Shown piece by piece: positions 23,668-24,000 of a stretch of 24,000 nt of DNA. The position numbers and the translations under genes were made by a program. Under the pieces are notes generated by a model. The model saw only the letters and a program-made list of their open reading frames with translations, was not told the DNA's origin and made no database searches. The stretch is from Christensenellales bacterium (GTDB taxonomy: Bacteria; Bacillota; Clostridia; Christensenellales; Maliibacteriaceae), in assembly GCA_050944255.1 (NCBI GenBank), contig JBMNQS010000003.1:42409-66408 (forward strand). The letters run 5' to 3'. Position 1 is the first letter of the stretch, and each line of letters begins with the position of its first letter.

Positions 23668-24000
23668 TGAGCGCGCTACGAAAGATGGGCCAGTCGCTTC
23701 GGCGGCATTACAGAGACAACCGCGGCATTTATATCCTCATTTTATTCTTTTTTATCATCGGGCTGGCCAGCGGCATCGCCACCGCCACGCAGGTCTCTCC
23801 GCTGAGGCGGGGTGAATTGTCGGCGTACTTTTCCAATGTGTCCTTCGCGGCCAGGCGGGGCGAAATCCGTGGCGTCGATTCCTTCTGGCAGTCGGCGCTT
23901 CACAATTTCAGGGTCACGCTGGTGATGGCCATCGGCGCGGTAAGCATCCCCATGCTGATGTTCTGCGCCGCGGCACTGGTGCTGGAAGGATTCATTTTTG
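23667..24000 (+). CDS. spoIIM: Stage II sporulation protein M, 5' part (runs off the window)
   Basis: The frame is open from ATG 23667 to the window end. It is not in the track because there is no in-window stop. The product is MSALRKMGQSLRRHYRDNRGIYILILFFFIIGLASGIATATQVSPLRRGELSAYFSNVSF...FWQSALHNFRVTLVMAIGAVSIPMLMFCAAALVLEGFIF. This parallels the B. subtilis SpoIIM N-terminus (basic head, TM1, then 'F.QS..H....' and TM2/3). Confidence 0.75.
   Translation, partial: MSALRKMGQSLRRHYRDNRGIYILILFFFIIGLASGIATATQVSPLRRGELSAYFSNVSFAARRGEIRGVDSFWQSALHNFRVTLVMAIGAVSIPMLMFCAAALVLEGFIF

Overview
This window is a chromosomal core region of a high-GC, endospore-forming Firmicute; a Clostridia-type lineage is my inference from composition and gene content. 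Nearly all genes lie on the + strand. Their order matches the conserved Bacillus/Clostridium sporulation-housekeeping locus. In order: the 3' end of a class II ribonucleotide reductase gene; a C_GCAxxG_C_C redox-family gene; a LysR regulator; the complete spoIIIAA-AH operon; asp23-amaP-DUF2273; nusB; a TsaD/Kae1-like paralog; folD; xseA; xseB; ispA; a DUF212/divergent-PAP2 gene; dxs; tlyA; nadK; argR; recN; spoIVB; spo0A; and the 5' end of spoIIM. Many junctions are 4-nt start/stop overlaps, which suggests translational coupling. I found no mobile element, CRISPR array, defence system, tRNA or rRNA. The unexplained sequence is all in the first 3.8 kb. It comprises three tandem ~187-bp hairpin-dense repeats that begin at the reductase stop codon, two perfect hairpins in the next gene's leader, a ~1 kb lower-GC stretch with no credible ORF divergent from the LysR gene, and a ~300-nt purine-rich leader before spoIIIAA. 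Smaller oddities are a Spo0A receiver domain lacking the canonical Asp-Asp pair, an apparent in-frame deletion in the DUF212 protein, and the extra TsaD-like gene. The many long antisense or alternate-frame ORFs in the track are high-GC artefacts.
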